Made by a program: the position numbers and the translations under genes | DNA from: Camelus dromedarius | Lineage: Eukaryota | DNA: 64,000 nt | Reading direction: 5' to 3' | Assembly: GCF_036321535.1 (NCBI RefSeq) | Contig: NC_087437.1 | Location: 38,504,001 to 38,568,000, forward strand | Part shown: one piece after another, positions 63,225 through 64,000 of the stretch | Layout: the number at the start of each line of letters is the position of its first letter | Numbering within the stretch: position 1 is the first letter of the stretch | The notes under the pieces: generated by a model | The model's database searches: none | What the model was told of the DNA's origin: nothing | What the model saw: only the letters and a program-made list of their open reading frames with translations

Positions 63225-64000
63225 ATAGAGTTTCACTGTGTTTCTTTCAATATATAGAAATACATCTTCTTCTATTTCAGGAAAGTTTTCTTCTATTAGT
63301 TAAATACCTGTCCTGAACTCTTGAGTAGACTTTACTTTTCAAAGATCCCAAATATGCCTTCTGCATCTTCTTTAATTATGCTCTGCGTTTATTACTTCCT
63401 TTCAAATCATTTTCCTTTTAAATTTTAATAACAGTTTTCCTTTTCCATTCCCTGCTTTATGTACCATGCTTTTGTGGTGTATGTTTTGATCTTATTTCCC
63501 CCTACTTTAGCCTTCATTTTTAAGAAGAGATTTTTTTAAATACTTCATGATTTTTGTCAGTTCTCATTTTTTCAGCCTCTTATCTAGAAATTTTATTCCA
63601 AGAAATCCTATCTCTGACTTTTTAAAGTCTTCTGAGGCCTATACAGTTTTACTAATCTGTTTTATTTCATTTAAAAATTAGATAATGCTTTCATATGATC
63701 TATAGTCTCTATTTTCCTAATGACTTTATTTTATCATGAAGAAAATTTCATTTAATTTTATTTTCTCAGAATAACTTTGAATAAATCATTTTGTTTCCCA
63801 TATTTGAATAATTTTAGTTTTTTGAGAAGAGAGCAGCAAAGCTTTCCAGAGATTCACAGTTTCAATATTTCCTCATCTATTATCATCATGAAACCTTTCT
63901 GTGTAGCCACTTCAAGATCTATTAGCTTTACATTCATTCAGAATATTTTTGTTGTTTTATGTATGTTTTCTTATTTCCAGATCTTTGTAAATGCTCTCAA
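63225..64000 (-). mobile_element. Ancient L1ME/HAL1-like ORF1-region fragment
   Basis: T-rich strand with 'tttcaggaaagttttcttctatt'; very decayed. Confidence 0.45.

Noticed and set aside
1..64000. Six-frame ORFs as host protein-coding genes
   Set aside because: All are short (137 aa or less), biased to F/L/I/K as expected from AT-rich DNA, and often inside repeats. The only recognisable peptides are L1 ORF2 and ERVL Gag remnants. A small unrecognised exon cannot be excluded without alignment.
1..64000. CRISPR arrays, operons, tRNA/rRNA, CpG island
   Set aside because: Mammalian repeat landscape; no regularly spaced repeats, RNA-gene signatures or CpG-dense region seen.

Overview
AT-rich, CpG-poor mammalian genomic DNA (intergenic or deep intronic). 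No protein-coding exon, RNA gene, CpG island or prokaryotic-type system is recognisable. The ORF track is noise except for decayed L1 ORF2 and ERVL gag remnants. The window is a mosaic of interspersed repeats: ancient MIR, L2, L3 and probable L4; several ages of L1; MaLR (MLT1), ERVL (LTR16, LTR33, MER21/68/77-like) and ERV1-like LTRs; a deleted ERVL provirus; MER20 and other DNA MITEs; and microsatellites. The youngest L1 3' ends are cetartiodactyl-type, and I saw no ruminant, pig or cetacean SINEs, which suggests a camelid (inference). All repeat family names come from recalled consensus sequences, not a search, and most boundaries are approximate. I found no convincing novel biological system. 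The most notable structures are: a ~155-bp CpG-retaining palindrome (11116-11271); an inverted, apparently self-templated duplication inside ERVL gag (51592-51724); a twin-primed L1 with nested insertions (19117-20807); and an inverted MIR3-like tail hairpin (4620-4794).
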